In this document: positions 9,508 to 19,550 of the stretch, one piece after another
Layout of the letters: each line of letters begins with the position of its first letter
Position numbering within the stretch: the stretch's first letter is position 1
From: Promethearchaeota archaeon
GTDB lineage: Archaea; Asgardarchaeota; Lokiarchaeia; Sigyniarchaeales; SOKP01
Length of the DNA stretch: 64,000 nt
Direction: 5' to 3'
Assembly (NCBI GenBank): GCA_029838195.1
Contig: JALGVJ010000018.1
Location: 10,204 to 74,203, forward strand
The notes under the pieces: generated by a model
Databases searched by the model: none
What the model saw: only the letters and a program-made list of their open reading frames with translations
Told to the model about the DNA's origin: nothing
Position numbers and translations under genes: made by a program

Positions 9508-10299
9508 TCAAGCATGCTTTACTTGCTTTATTTTATTTAAAATTATATTTCCAATTAACTCTTCGGCCGTGGTTTTCCCCCTCCAGTTAGTAAATTCCGG
9601 AAAACATCCCACATCAACGATATAATACTCGTTGGTGTTTTCTTCTTTAACCAGATCTAAATGTCCAAAAGATAAATTATAAGAGGTTTTCCATAGTTTT
9701 ATGATCTTTCGAACTTCCATATCGAGGGGTACTTGTTTCATGGGACCATGCTCATCTGACATGGGAGGTTTCTCTAAGAGACATGTCTCATCTTGAATGA
9801 AATAAGCTAAATAATGCGTTCCTTTAATGAATTTTTGAAAGTAATAAATTTTATCAGAATTTAGTTTAAGCATTTCCTTATTTTTTATTAATTGAATTCC
9901 CTTACTTCCCGAACTCATTAAAGGTTTTAAAATTATTGGAAAATCATTTTTATTTAATTTTTCCTCCATGACTTTCATGGTACCCATGTAGAAAGGAGGT
10001 GTATTGAGATTTAAGTTTTTAGCTAAATAATAAGCTTCAATTCTATCTCGATGTTTATATGCAATAGTAGGATCTGGGAAAACGGGAACATTAGCTTCTT
10101 CTAAATAAAAAGCAGCTTGGAGGAACAAGAAATTTTTCGATTTTAATATGATAAAATTGTTATCTTTTAGAGTAGAATTGATATTGAGTTTTTTTTCATC
10201 TATTAGTTCGATGAAAAAGTCATGATTTTCCAGAAATTCTTTCAATTTCCAGCTAAAAGAACTTTTTTTAATTTTTTTTGTAAAAATTCCAATCCGCAT
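9508..10299 (-). CDS. ATP-grasp protein, ITPK1-like, divergent active site
   Basis: FPIILKP, GSKG, FQKFI, FGHLDLV and IVDVGCFPEF. Confidence 0.75.
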   Translation of the reverse strand: MRIGIFTKKIKKSSFSWKLKEFLENHDFFIELIDEKKLNINSTLKDNNFIILKSKNFLFLQAAFYLEEANVPVFPDPTIAYKHRDRIEAYYLAKNLNLNTPPFYMGTMKVMEEKLNKNDFPIILKPLMSSGSKGIQLIKNKEMLKLNSDKIYYFQKFIKGTHYLAYFIQDETCLLEKPPMSDEHGPMKQVPLDMEVRKIIKLWKTSYNLSFGHLDLVKEENTNEYYIVDVGCFPEFTNWRGKTTAEELIGNIILNKIKQVKHA

Positions 10300-10322
10300 G
10301 ATTAATGATTAAAAGAGTGGTT

Positions 10323-11141
10323 TCATATTTTAGCTTGATTAATTAAAAAATCGCCCACTAATTTTGGGCCTTCCTTCATGTAATTAAAATTTGGCGTGCT
10401 GTTGATATCTGTTAAATAAAATTTTCCGTCGTCAGACTTTAAATAATCTATTGAAGTTATTTTGAGATCCAGCGTTTTCATGGCTTTCAAGCTCATTTCT
10501 TTTAAAAAAGGGATTTCTTCTATTTTGACTCTACTTTTCATTTTGTCAGGTTCTATCAAAACAGGAATTTGCTTATAGAAAAATAATTCTTCATTAATTC
10601 CATAAACTTTATATTCCCAATCACTTTTTATGAATTCTTGATAATAATAATGATTAATTTGGAAGTTTTCTTCGTTTGAATTTATTAATACTCTTTTATC
10701 GATGACTTGAATTTTTCCATTCCTTATCCTTATTTCCGGTTTAAAATTAATGTTTTTTTGATCAATTGCATTTTTTATTATATAATTTTCGAAGGGCGGT
10801 GTTAAATGTTTGGAAGAATATCCATAATTTGGCACGAGAATTCCATTTTTACGAAGATATAAAGAATTTAAAAACCGATTCATGGCTAAATAGATTCCTT
10901 TATAAGAATTAAAAACAGGAATGGACGTTTCTCGTTCGATATATCTAACAAGGGCCAATGCTAAATTTCCTTTCGTCTTTACAAAAAAGACATCTTCGTC
11001 CAACCTTAAGTCATCGAGAGATAATAAAAAATCTTGCTCTACATAAAGAGTTACATGAGCTTTATCTTTTAAATAAGCAAGTAATTTCGCTAATTTATAC
11101 TTCAGATGATAGGTATCCGTGATAATTCCAATTCTTGGCAT
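10323..11141 (-). CDS. ATP-grasp protein, ITPK1-like inositol phosphate kinase
   Basis: YQEFIK, YKVYG, SIDYL and TDINSTPNF (D-x-N rather than the RimK E-x-N). Confidence 0.75.
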   Translation of the reverse strand: MPRIGIITDTYHLKYKLAKLLAYLKDKAHVTLYVEQDFLLSLDDLRLDEDVFFVKTKGNLALALVRYIERETSIPVFNSYKGIYLAMNRFLNSLYLRKNGILVPNYGYSSKHLTPPFENYIIKNAIDQKNINFKPEIRIRNGKIQVIDKRVLINSNEENFQINHYYYQEFIKSDWEYKVYGINEELFFYKQIPVLIEPDKMKSRVKIEEIPFLKEMSLKAMKTLDLKITSIDYLKSDDGKFYLTDINSTPNFNYMKEGPKLVGDFLINQAKI

Positions 11142-11583
11142 TTTAAACCATTCTCACGAGTTAAACTCATTTAATATTAAATGAGTATAATCCTTGCTCT
11201 CTTTTTAATATCTTTTACTCCACTAATTCTGTATGGTTAAAAAAATAAAATGGGCTAAAAGATTTTCTTGTAATAAAAAAAAACTATTCCTTTAATTTCT
11301 ATTTTTTATCATGAATAAACACGCAGAAATTATTAAAGTTTGAAATAAAGTTTCAAAATTTGGAGAGTGAAAAATATCTTTGACATTTAATCAAAAATTT
11401 GAAAACACGGATAATAATTTGAGTTCTTTTTGGACTTCTTTTTTTTAAGTGAAATAGTGATTTTTAGCGAAAACTTTGAAGATTTCCTCATTCAAAAATC
11501 TTTTTCTCCATAAAAAGTATTAGATATATAAACCATTAATTTATATATTTTCATATATTCTGATAAGATTAAATCAATATAGT

Positions 11584-12501
11584 GTGAGAATGGCTAAAAA
11601 TATTCTCAAGCGAATTTACATTGGCACGATCAACGAGCGTGATCCCGAGATCTTCAAGGAGATTAAAGATTTCTGCTTAACACATTATAATATAAAGTTT
11701 GTAAACCTTCTCGAGAAAAAAAAATTTTCCAAAAAATATTTCAAAAAAAAAATAAAAAAATATCCTATCTCATTTCTCATTGTAAAATTATATTCTAAAA
11801 ATTCTAATGAAAAAATATATAACGCTCTTAACTCCTTAGCACCCAACATTCCTCTATTAAACAGCATTGAAGCAGTAAGGACATGCGAAAGTCGTAAAAA
11901 AACGTTCATGTTGATGCAAACAAGATGTAAGGAGATTAAAATCCCCGAATTTTATTCCACAAGAGATGAGGTTCTGGCTGCTCTCTCCAGTAATAAAAAA
12001 ATCATTATTAAACTAGATTCTCATAATCCTGAACATGTAAAGAAGGAAGACAGAATTTTAGGGATCGTGTCCAATCAAAAAGAAATTTCTACTATTTTAA
12101 GCCAATACGATTTTGATGAGATCTTTTTTCAAGAATACATGGGAAAATTCGATATTATTTATAAAGTATACGTGATCAATAATTGGATCGTGTCCATTAC
12201 CTCCACCGACCGATTACAAGGCGATAAACATTTAAGCCCATTGGATTTAGTCCATCTTAGAGTGTCTATTGATGAAATGCTGAAAAATCACATTTTAAAA
12301 ATAGGCAAGCAATTTAGGATGTCAATCTTTGGAATTGATTACGTTATAAAAAATAACGTGCCTTACATTATCGATATCAATGATTTTCCTAGTTTTAGAA
12401 GGATTCCTGAAGCTGTTAGCCTCATTTCTGATTACATGTATAATCTTTTAACTCTAAGAGAATACGCAGAACTCTTAAAAACGCACATAGCTACATATTG
12501 A
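11584..12501 (+). CDS. ATP-grasp protein, ITPK1-like inositol phosphate kinase
   Basis: IVKL, LNSIEAV...SR, IIIK, FQEYM, YKVYVI, IFGIDYV and IIDINDFPSF. Confidence 0.82.
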   Translation: MRMAKNILKRIYIGTINERDPEIFKEIKDFCLTHYNIKFVNLLEKKKFSKKYFKKKIKKYPISFLIVKLYSKNSNEKIYNALNSLAPNIPLLNSIEAVRTCESRKKTFMLMQTRCKEIKIPEFYSTRDEVLAALSSNKKIIIKLDSHNPEHVKKEDRILGIVSNQKEISTILSQYDFDEIFFQEYMGKFDIIYKVYVINNWIVSITSTDRLQGDKHLSPLDLVHLRVSIDEMLKNHILKIGKQFRMSIFGIDYVIKNNVPYIIDINDFPSFRRIPEAVSLISDYMYNLLTLREYAELLKTHIATY

Positions 12502-12571
12502 CCAAGAATCATATTTTAGTCTTGACTATTCAATACTCATCAATAAAAACATAAAGGTTAGAAAAATCATG

Positions 12572-13660
12572 TTATCTTTCTCTCTTTTTTTGAAGGAATT
12601 CTATTAAATTCCTTTTAGCCGCCTCATCTTCTAACTGTTCGGGAGGATGTTTACAAAAAAAAGAACAAGCCGAATGTAAAATTCCGCCAATTTTTCTATC
12701 TTTCGCAATTTTAGAAACGCGAATGCAATCTGCGATAATGCCTGCGGAATTGTTGCCATCTTCCACGAACATGGTGATATCAATCCTAACGGGCGCTCCT
12801 CCAAATATTTTACCTTCTAATCTCATGTAAGCTTCTTTTTGATTTTTTAAAAAAGGAATATAATCCACGGCAGATATTTGGCATTCTATTCTTTCCTTAT
12901 TCGGTAACCTAGAAATGACGGATTCTGTTTTTGATTGCCGCTTTCCTTCTTCATATCGTAGCTTTCCATTTGGCATGGGCGTTAGTAAATTACAAAAATC
13001 ACTAGAACCTCCCCAATCTAATTGAATCGTGCGTTCTAAAACAGCACCTCTCAGCGGAAATAAATTGGCTAAGGATCTATGGATGATGGTAGCCCCTATC
13101 TGAGATTTTACATCATCTCCTATTAGGGAAAGGTTTCGTTCTTCCGCTTTTTTAATGAGTTCTGGATCTTTTGCCACTGGGGTGGGCATGCCATTCACAA
13201 CACTAGCACTTGCTTCAAGAGCACATGTTACGTAATATTTCACCGCCCTATGTGAACCCGTTGGAAGTAAAATGACGACAACATCCACGTTTCTTTTCTT
13301 TAATTCATTAGTAATATCAGCTGGTTTTTGTTCCTCTGAAAAAGGGATAATGTTTTTAATGTTACTCGCTAATCCATCCAATATGGGTCCCTTAATGACA
13401 GGCGCATCCAAAAAGCGGGGTCGAAATAATTCTATATTGCAATTGGGCTCTGTAAAAATCGCTTCACTTAAGTCTTTTCCGACTTTTTTAGCATTCACGT
13501 CAATTCCTAATACAAAATTTATGTCCGTTATAGAGTAGTCTTTAATTTCGGGTAACACGCCAATGATTCGTTCTGGATGCTCTTTATAGTTTTCTACGCC
13601 TTGAACTAGAGCGGAAGCAACATCTCCAACGCCGACAATACAAGTATTTATATTGGCCAT
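12572..13660 (-). CDS. ino1: myo-inositol-1-phosphate synthase
   Basis: GVGDVASALVQG, LPTGS, GDDVKSQIGATI, DFCNL, KRQSKT, NSAG and KHPP. Confidence 0.93.
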   Translation of the reverse strand: MANINTCIVGVGDVASALVQGVENYKEHPERIIGVLPEIKDYSITDINFVLGIDVNAKKVGKDLSEAIFTEPNCNIELFRPRFLDAPVIKGPILDGLASNIKNIIPFSEEQKPADITNELKKRNVDVVVILLPTGSHRAVKYYVTCALEASASVVNGMPTPVAKDPELIKKAEERNLSLIGDDVKSQIGATIIHRSLANLFPLRGAVLERTIQLDWGGSSDFCNLLTPMPNGKLRYEEGKRQSKTESVISRLPNKERIECQISAVDYIPFLKNQKEAYMRLEGKIFGGAPVRIDITMFVEDGNNSAGIIADCIRVSKIAKDRKIGGILHSACSFFCKHPPEQLEDEAAKRNLIEFLQKKRER

Positions 13661-14035
13661 GATATTGAAGATAATAAAATGTTAATATTTAAATCATTTT
13701 TGCTAATAGATTTGTTTATCTTGTTCATTTTTACTTAAACACCAGAAAAGATCATATTTAATTATCATATTTCATGAATGCATAAAATTTTCATGATTTA
13801 AACGAGTATTTTTAAATAATAACCTCCCATAATTTAATAATGTTTTATTAATGGTAGATAATTTAAAATGGATTGATTTTAGATACAAGCATGGTTTGAT
13901 TTAAAATGAATTTCTATTTTTCATTCTTAATTGTTCTACTTGCTTAATAATATTTAAAACTCTTTTAAAAAAATTTTAGTATTAAAAAGAATATTTCCTA
14001 TCATTCAAAGGAGTTATAATACTTATATATTTATC

Positions 14036-16849
14036 ATGAGATTTGAAGATAAAAAAATCTATATTGCATTAAGTCCTCATATCAATTATTATCACTCATA
14101 CCGCGGTGATTCACGGGGAGTCACGGGATTTGGAAAAGATTTAGCTTTAATGAGAGGAATACTTGATAAATTAGATGAGATTGAAGACATGGGTTTTTCT
14201 TTTGGATCCATGAAAATTTCTTGGGATTACGCAGATCTTTTTTGGTCCATTCAATTACAAAAGGAGTATCAACAAGATGTTTTGGATCGCGTGAGAGAGA
14301 GATGCAAGCGAAAAAAAGATGAAGTACTCATTGGTTCTTGGGGAAATGTTGCTCAGCCCATTTTAGATACGGAAGCCTTAATTCAAGACCAAAAGTGGTT
14401 TCGAGAAAATTCCATGGGTATTGGTGTGGATCAATTATTTAAGGGGAGGGTGGCGCCTTACACAAGAACTCAAGAGACCATGTATACACAAGGCATGATT
14501 GAAATATATAATAAATTGGGAATTGAAGGGATCTGCATCTATTATTCCGTATATCAATTTGACGTTGCCAGACCTTTTTTAAATCCTCGCTTAGATTGGA
14601 ATCAACAATTTGGACCTGTTAAATTGAAATCCACCGTTTCTGATGCAACTTGTTTAATGATTCCCATGTATGGATTTGGAGATATATTAGACAATTGTTC
14701 TATCAAACGCTGGTTAAAAATAATTAGAAAAGCTCAGAAGAGAGGAGATATTAAGGGTCACGCTCTCCTTTTTTTAAATTTTGACATGGATTATGACCTG
14801 TGGCTTTCCGTTCCCATGCCCTCCTTTCTCAAATGGATGCCAAATACTCGCGGCTTACTAGAATTTGCTGAAGTCGTGGACCAACTTGAGTACGTGGAAT
14901 TTGCAAACCTTTTGGAAATCATTCCTAAATTAGAGGTTAGAGGCGAAACGATGCTACAACAAGATGTTGCAGATGGAAATTGGAATGGATTTTACAATTG
15001 GGCACAAAAACATGATAACACGCGCTTTTGGACCGTTGGTCAATGGGCAAGATGGGTAAAATGCATAACTGATACATTAATTTCAACAAATCATGTAAAA
15101 GATAGGGTCGAACAAATAAATTCATTTTTGAGAGAAGGCACGGATCAATCAAATACTTACCTTAAAAACATGATTCTTTTTAGTTCTACGACGAATTTTG
15201 GATTATCCCTCCCATTTCAGCATCCTCATAGACAAAAAACAGCCATGAGTTATGGGTTAAATGCTTTAAGGGCTGCATTAAAAGCGATGAGGATCGCTAA
15301 AGAAAATTTAACTTCTCAAATTAAAAAGAATAATTTATTTACAAAACCGGGCATTTGGATTTTTCCCATTACCAATCGGGGTATTACACCAGAAGAGAAT
15401 AAAAAGGTGGAATCTCCCATTTTAATACGAACTGAAATTCCTCTTGAATTCAAGGAGAATTTATTAGATAATAAAGATTTACTTTCCCATATCAGTTTCA
15501 TGGAAGAGGGCGTGCGTCATGCATTTTATGAAGATCCGTTAAAATCAACTCTAATTCTCGAAGCCATCATTCCACCTGATAAATTTTCGGATGGAAATTC
15601 TTATTATCTTCCTTTAACTTTCCGACAACAGGAGCCTCATGATTCTATTAAAAATGAGCTTCAAGCAACCAGAAGAATTTTAAAAAATAAGTATTTAACC
15701 GTGGAATTTGATAAAAATGGAAAAATAAATTCTTTTAAACATAAAGGAAAAGAATTCGCTTGTCCAAAATTTTTAGATTCTGCAGTGGTTTTTGGCACTC
15801 CAAAAAAAGCAAAACGATGTGAATCCATTAAAGATGAATTTTTGGTTCTAAGAACGGGGGAAGATAATTTTTCCGCTTCCATTAAGATTAAAAGCACCTT
15901 CGAAATCTTGCCTGATGCTCACGTTCACGTGGAGAAAATCTGTACGATGTATGCCGATTTACCATGCTTATTTATCCAAGTTGAAATGAATCTCTGTGAT
16001 ATAAAAGGAGAGAAAAAAATAGAAGATGGAACCTCTTTTGTTGAGGAAGAATATAATAAGGGATGGTTAGAAATCATGCCTTGTGAAATCCGCCCCAACA
16101 TTCTTGGAAAAAACAAATTTTTGCGAATATGGAAACATAATTATTTTGGTCGGGTTTCATGGTTTGATTTAAACATGAAACAAATAGATCCTAAAAATGC
16201 TAATATTGATTGCTTGGTATCAAATATCTCAGATGGCTGGATGGGGCTAACTAACGGGGAGAAAGGCTTGCTCGTGGGATATAATGGAGTAAAAGCGGCG
16301 AATTTTGCATTTACGCCCTTAAAATTGCGAGATAAGGGTTTTGGAGATTGTGCTCAAAAAGCCCAACAAGTTAGAATTAATCCTTTCGGGACGTATTATG
16401 GAAAATCGCTACATTATTGGAGTAATGGAACGGGACACGCACAAAAACTTGTTCCCAAGCTCTTTACTACCTTAGATTCTTCCGCACCAACATTTAGCGG
16501 TAAAACTGTTTCTTTCGAGTTAGTACTCATTCCCTACATGGGAGACTTCCCTCCCTATGAATTTCAATCCTTCTTGAACCATTATTCTCTCCCTCCCTTG
16601 CTCTTGTACGTGGGTAAATATCAAGATGAAATTCAAGATAATTATTCTTACTTGGAATCCAAAGCAAGTTCATTAATTAAAGAATTTGATATTGAGGAAC
16701 TCATGGAAATGGATTACATTGATTGGGTGAGAAAAATTAATGCTGATTTTGACACTGCACGAGAATTAAAATTTCCTAAGCAAGAAATGAAATTAGATGT
16801 AAGTTCAGCGTTATTACTCCTCTTAGATGGAATTAGAGGAAAATCATGA
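14036..16849 (+). CDS. large glycoside hydrolase-like protein (GH38/GH57-like barrel plus C-terminal beta-supersandwich)
   Basis: N-terminal HxNxYH, ISWD, TRTQE and NFDMD. C-terminal LKNKYLTVEFDKNGKINSF resembles the start of a GH38 C-terminal domain. Confidence 0.55.
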   Translation: MRFEDKKIYIALSPHINYYHSYRGDSRGVTGFGKDLALMRGILDKLDEIEDMGFSFGSMKISWDYADLFWSIQLQKEYQQDVLDRVRERCKRKKDEVLIGSWGNVAQPILDTEALIQDQKWFRENSMGIGVDQLFKGRVAPYTRTQETMYTQGMIEIYNKLGIEGICIYYSVYQFDVARPFLNPRLDWNQQFGPVKLKSTVSDATCLMIPMYGFGDILDNCSIKRWLKIIRKAQKRGDIKGHALLFLNFDMDYDLWLSVPMPSFLKWMPNTRGLLEFAEVVDQLEYVEFANLLEIIPKLEVRGETMLQQDVADGNWNGFYNWAQKHDNTRFWTVGQWARWVKCITDTLISTNHVKDRVEQINSFLREGTDQSNTYLKNMILFSSTTNFGLSLPFQHPHRQKTAMSYGLNALRAALKAMRIAKENLTSQIKKNNLFTKPGIWIFPITNRGITPEENKKVESPILIRTEIPLEFKENLLDNKDLLSHISFMEEGVRHAFYEDPLKSTLILEAIIPPDKFSDGNSYYLPLTFRQQEPHDSIKNELQATRRILKNKYLTVEFDKNGKINSFKHKGKEFACPKFLDSAVVFGTPKKAKRCESIKDEFLVLRTGEDNFSASIKIKSTFEILPDAHVHVEKICTMYADLPCLFIQVEMNLCDIKGEKKIEDGTSFVEEEYNKGWLEIMPCEIRPNILGKNKFLRIWKHNYFGRVSWFDLNMKQIDPKNANIDCLVSNISDGWMGLTNGEKGLLVGYNGVKAANFAFTPLKLRDKGFGDCAQKAQQVRINPFGTYYGKSLHYWSNGTGHAQKLVPKLFTTLDSSAPTFSGKTVSFELVLIPYMGDFPPYEFQSFLNHYSLPPLLLYVGKYQDEIQDNYSYLESKASSLIKEFDIEELMEMDYIDWVRKINADFDTARELKFPKQEMKLDVSSALLLLLDGIRGKS

Positions 16850-16917
16850 AGTTTTCATTTCAATTTCAATTCAAAAATAGTTGCCTAATCTTAAATAAAA
16901 AAGAAAGGAGTAGGAAA

Positions 16918-17934
16918 ATGGAAGGAAAAATGAATGCTCTATTATTTCCCGAACCTTGGAAAGTAGAGCTGATTGAAGTGGACATCCCGAAATGCGGACC
17001 ATATGATGTATTGGCAGAAATCCATTCAGTTGGAATTTGTGGAAGTGATGTAGGAATTTTCGAAGGAGAACATTGGATTGTTGCTAGGGAACCAGGAGGA
17101 CATGGGCATGAAACAGGAGCTCGCGCTGTAGAAGTGGGCAAAAATATTGAAGGGATTAACGAAGGCGATCATTTAGCTCGTATGGGACATGGATATGCTC
17201 AATATTCCACTCACGTGAATGTAATTGGTCATGGAAAAGATGAGAAAATGGGGGCATTACCTATCGTGCGAAATGACTTATCATTAGAAGAGATCTCCTT
17301 TGCTGATGCTGTTGGTTGTGCTATCAATTGTTTTGAACGGGCTGAATTCGATAGAATTGAAGGAGAAAAAAAAGCTATTGTTTTAGGCTTAGGTCCTATA
17401 GGGTTAATTTTAACCCAAATTCTTCTCATGAATGGAATAGAAGTCGCAGCTTCAGAACTTTATCCCTTAAAAAGGAAATTAGCAAGGAAATGGGGTGCCA
17501 AGGTATATGATCCCAAAAAATACACGAGACCAACTCATGGTAATTTTACCGTGGTGGATCAGATTAAAAAAGAATTTGGTGAAGCTCACGCCGTTTTTGA
17601 AATGGTTGGAAGTAATGATACCCTACTACAAGCTATTGATTTAGTGCAACCAGGGTTTCGAGTAATGGTTTTTGGTGCTCAGAAAATGCAATATATTCCC
17701 TATGTAAATTGTAGAAAGAAAGGAGTTGAATTAGTATATCCGGAAGCCATGGTAAATTCTAAAGCGGACAAGGATTATTGGAACGATGCCCTAAACTTGA
17801 TCGCCAGTAAAAAATTGGATTTAAAGAGCTTGATCACGAAGCGCATTACTTTGGAAGAAGCCGTTGATGCGTTCAAGTATTATGACCGAGAAAAATGGAT
17901 TAAAATCATCATAGAGCCCTTTAGAACCCGATGA
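16918..17934 (+). CDS. Zn-dependent (MDR) polyol/sugar dehydrogenase
   Basis: GICGSD, GHE and GLGPIG. Lacks the structural-Zn loop. Start moved to ATG 16918, which follows AAGGAG. Confidence 0.85.
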   Translation: MEGKMNALLFPEPWKVELIEVDIPKCGPYDVLAEIHSVGICGSDVGIFEGEHWIVAREPGGHGHETGARAVEVGKNIEGINEGDHLARMGHGYAQYSTHVNVIGHGKDEKMGALPIVRNDLSLEEISFADAVGCAINCFERAEFDRIEGEKKAIVLGLGPIGLILTQILLMNGIEVAASELYPLKRKLARKWGAKVYDPKKYTRPTHGNFTVVDQIKKEFGEAHAVFEMVGSNDTLLQAIDLVQPGFRVMVFGAQKMQYIPYVNCRKKGVELVYPEAMVNSKADKDYWNDALNLIASKKLDLKSLITKRITLEEAVDAFKYYDREKWIKIIIEPFRTR

Positions 17935-18085
17935 TTTTTCGCTTTTAATGATTATTTTACAAATCTAAGAAGAAAAGAGAAAAGAATAGGGATAATATTC
18001 TTGCATGTTGATATATTTTTTAAAAAAGTTATTAAAATGCTGTAATAAAAAAATTAAAAAAATTTGGAATATATAGATTGTTATT

Positions 18086-19381
18086 TTATTCGATTTCATA
18101 AGTTTCTTTCACAAATCTGAAGAAAATCGTAGATAGTATAAAGAATGCCGTTGAAGTTAAAAAGATCCACTGTAATCCAAATGATTGCGCAATTACCCCC
18201 GCAATTATGGCACCTATAATCTGAGGAACCGTGAATACTATATTCAATATTCCAAAAAACTTACCTCTTTGATCTTCTGGCAAGAGATCTTGGGACCATG
18301 CGTTTAAAGGGGCTGGCATGCCAAGGAGAGCTACGAGAATAAAGGGCAGGGAGATAAAAAAGAGCAAGATATTAACCCCTGCATTTGTTGTTTTCACGAA
18401 TGATGCTGAAGCAACTCCGATGCTTATGATAATAATGATTAAGGGAGTATATTTTTTTCTCCCAAATCGATCGCTTATTTTTCCAAGTGTAACCGTTATG
18501 AGAATGAGAAGCGGAAAACCAATAAGGATAGCTAATAAGAGCTGAAGAGTAGAAATGCCTAAAGAAAAGATATAAATGAAAAGAAAAGGCATGATAACAC
18601 CCACACCAGATTGGTAAATCATGTAAGCAAGAGTCATCTTAAAGAATTCTTTATGTTCTTTCATGGCTTGATAATCAAACATTCGGACAAAATCTTCCGT
18701 AAATTTTCTTTTTGGTGGCAACTCAGAAGGAGGTCGTTCTTTTATAAAAATAAAACCTAAAATGGCAGCAGCAATTAACATGATTCCGCCGAAAGACAGG
18801 ACAAATTGGTGCCCTTCTTGCGTCAAGATTTTTCCTTCTCCCGAAGGAGCAGGCACGGTGAACAATAAATCACTTATTAAAAAGAGAGCAACCCCAATAA
18901 GCACGCCTAGATTTCCAATAGCCGTGATTATCCCGTTAGCTCGACCTCGATATTCGAGATCAATGGTATCAGGAATAACTGCCCTCTCGGCAGCAAAAAA
19001 AGCATTTGAGGAAATTCCTAATATCACTACATCAATGAAAAAGGCCCAAAAATAATTAGGGCTATATCCATAGAGGATTGCTGCTGCTCCCGTAATGACA
19101 CCACCGACTAATAAATATGGTCGTCTTCTCCCATGTTTTGATCTTGTATTATCAGAGAAAATGCCCCAAACAAGTAAGAAAATCAACCCCATCGTTGCTG
19201 AGAATGAAACCATCACGGACACATAAAGTTCTGAAAGTTGAAGCACGTGAGCGAGATAGGTATTAAAGAAATTTTGTTCTACAAAGCCATAGACTTGATC
19301 CGCAGCAAAGACAATACCAATAATTATGGCTTCAAATAAAATGAATTTAGGAAGCTTGCCTGTTCGTAAATTTTCATTCAT
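18086..19381 (-). CDS. MFS transporter (GPH/SLC45-like sugar-cation symporter)
   Basis: About 12 TM segments, with SDNTRSKHGRRRPY and GKISDRFGRK. Confidence 0.9.
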   Translation of the reverse strand: MNENLRTGKLPKFILFEAIIIGIVFAADQVYGFVEQNFFNTYLAHVLQLSELYVSVMVSFSATMGLIFLLVWGIFSDNTRSKHGRRRPYLLVGGVITGAAAILYGYSPNYFWAFFIDVVILGISSNAFFAAERAVIPDTIDLEYRGRANGIITAIGNLGVLIGVALFLISDLLFTVPAPSGEGKILTQEGHQFVLSFGGIMLIAAAILGFIFIKERPPSELPPKRKFTEDFVRMFDYQAMKEHKEFFKMTLAYMIYQSGVGVIMPFLFIYIFSLGISTLQLLLAILIGFPLLILITVTLGKISDRFGRKKYTPLIIIIISIGVASASFVKTTNAGVNILLFFISLPFILVALLGMPAPLNAWSQDLLPEDQRGKFFGILNIVFTVPQIIGAIIAGVIAQSFGLQWIFLTSTAFFILSTIFFRFVKETYEIE

Positions 19382-19550
19382 TTTTCGTCAAATTATAAAA
19401 TTTTATAAAATTAAATATGTTAAATGAAATTAAAGTTTCTTTATTAATAAAATGCTATGATATTTCATTAATAAGGAGTGGTATTAATGGGCAAAGAATT
19501 TGGTCAATTTCCTCCGGCAATTGGGGCCACGAGAAAGATTTTACCATAAT

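Noticed and set aside
9508-12501. Reading the ATP-grasp trio as a RimK/LysX or graspetide peptide-ligase cluster
   Set aside because: No precursor peptide nearby. The D-x-N and KVY motifs and adjacency to ino1 favour ITPK1-like kinases.
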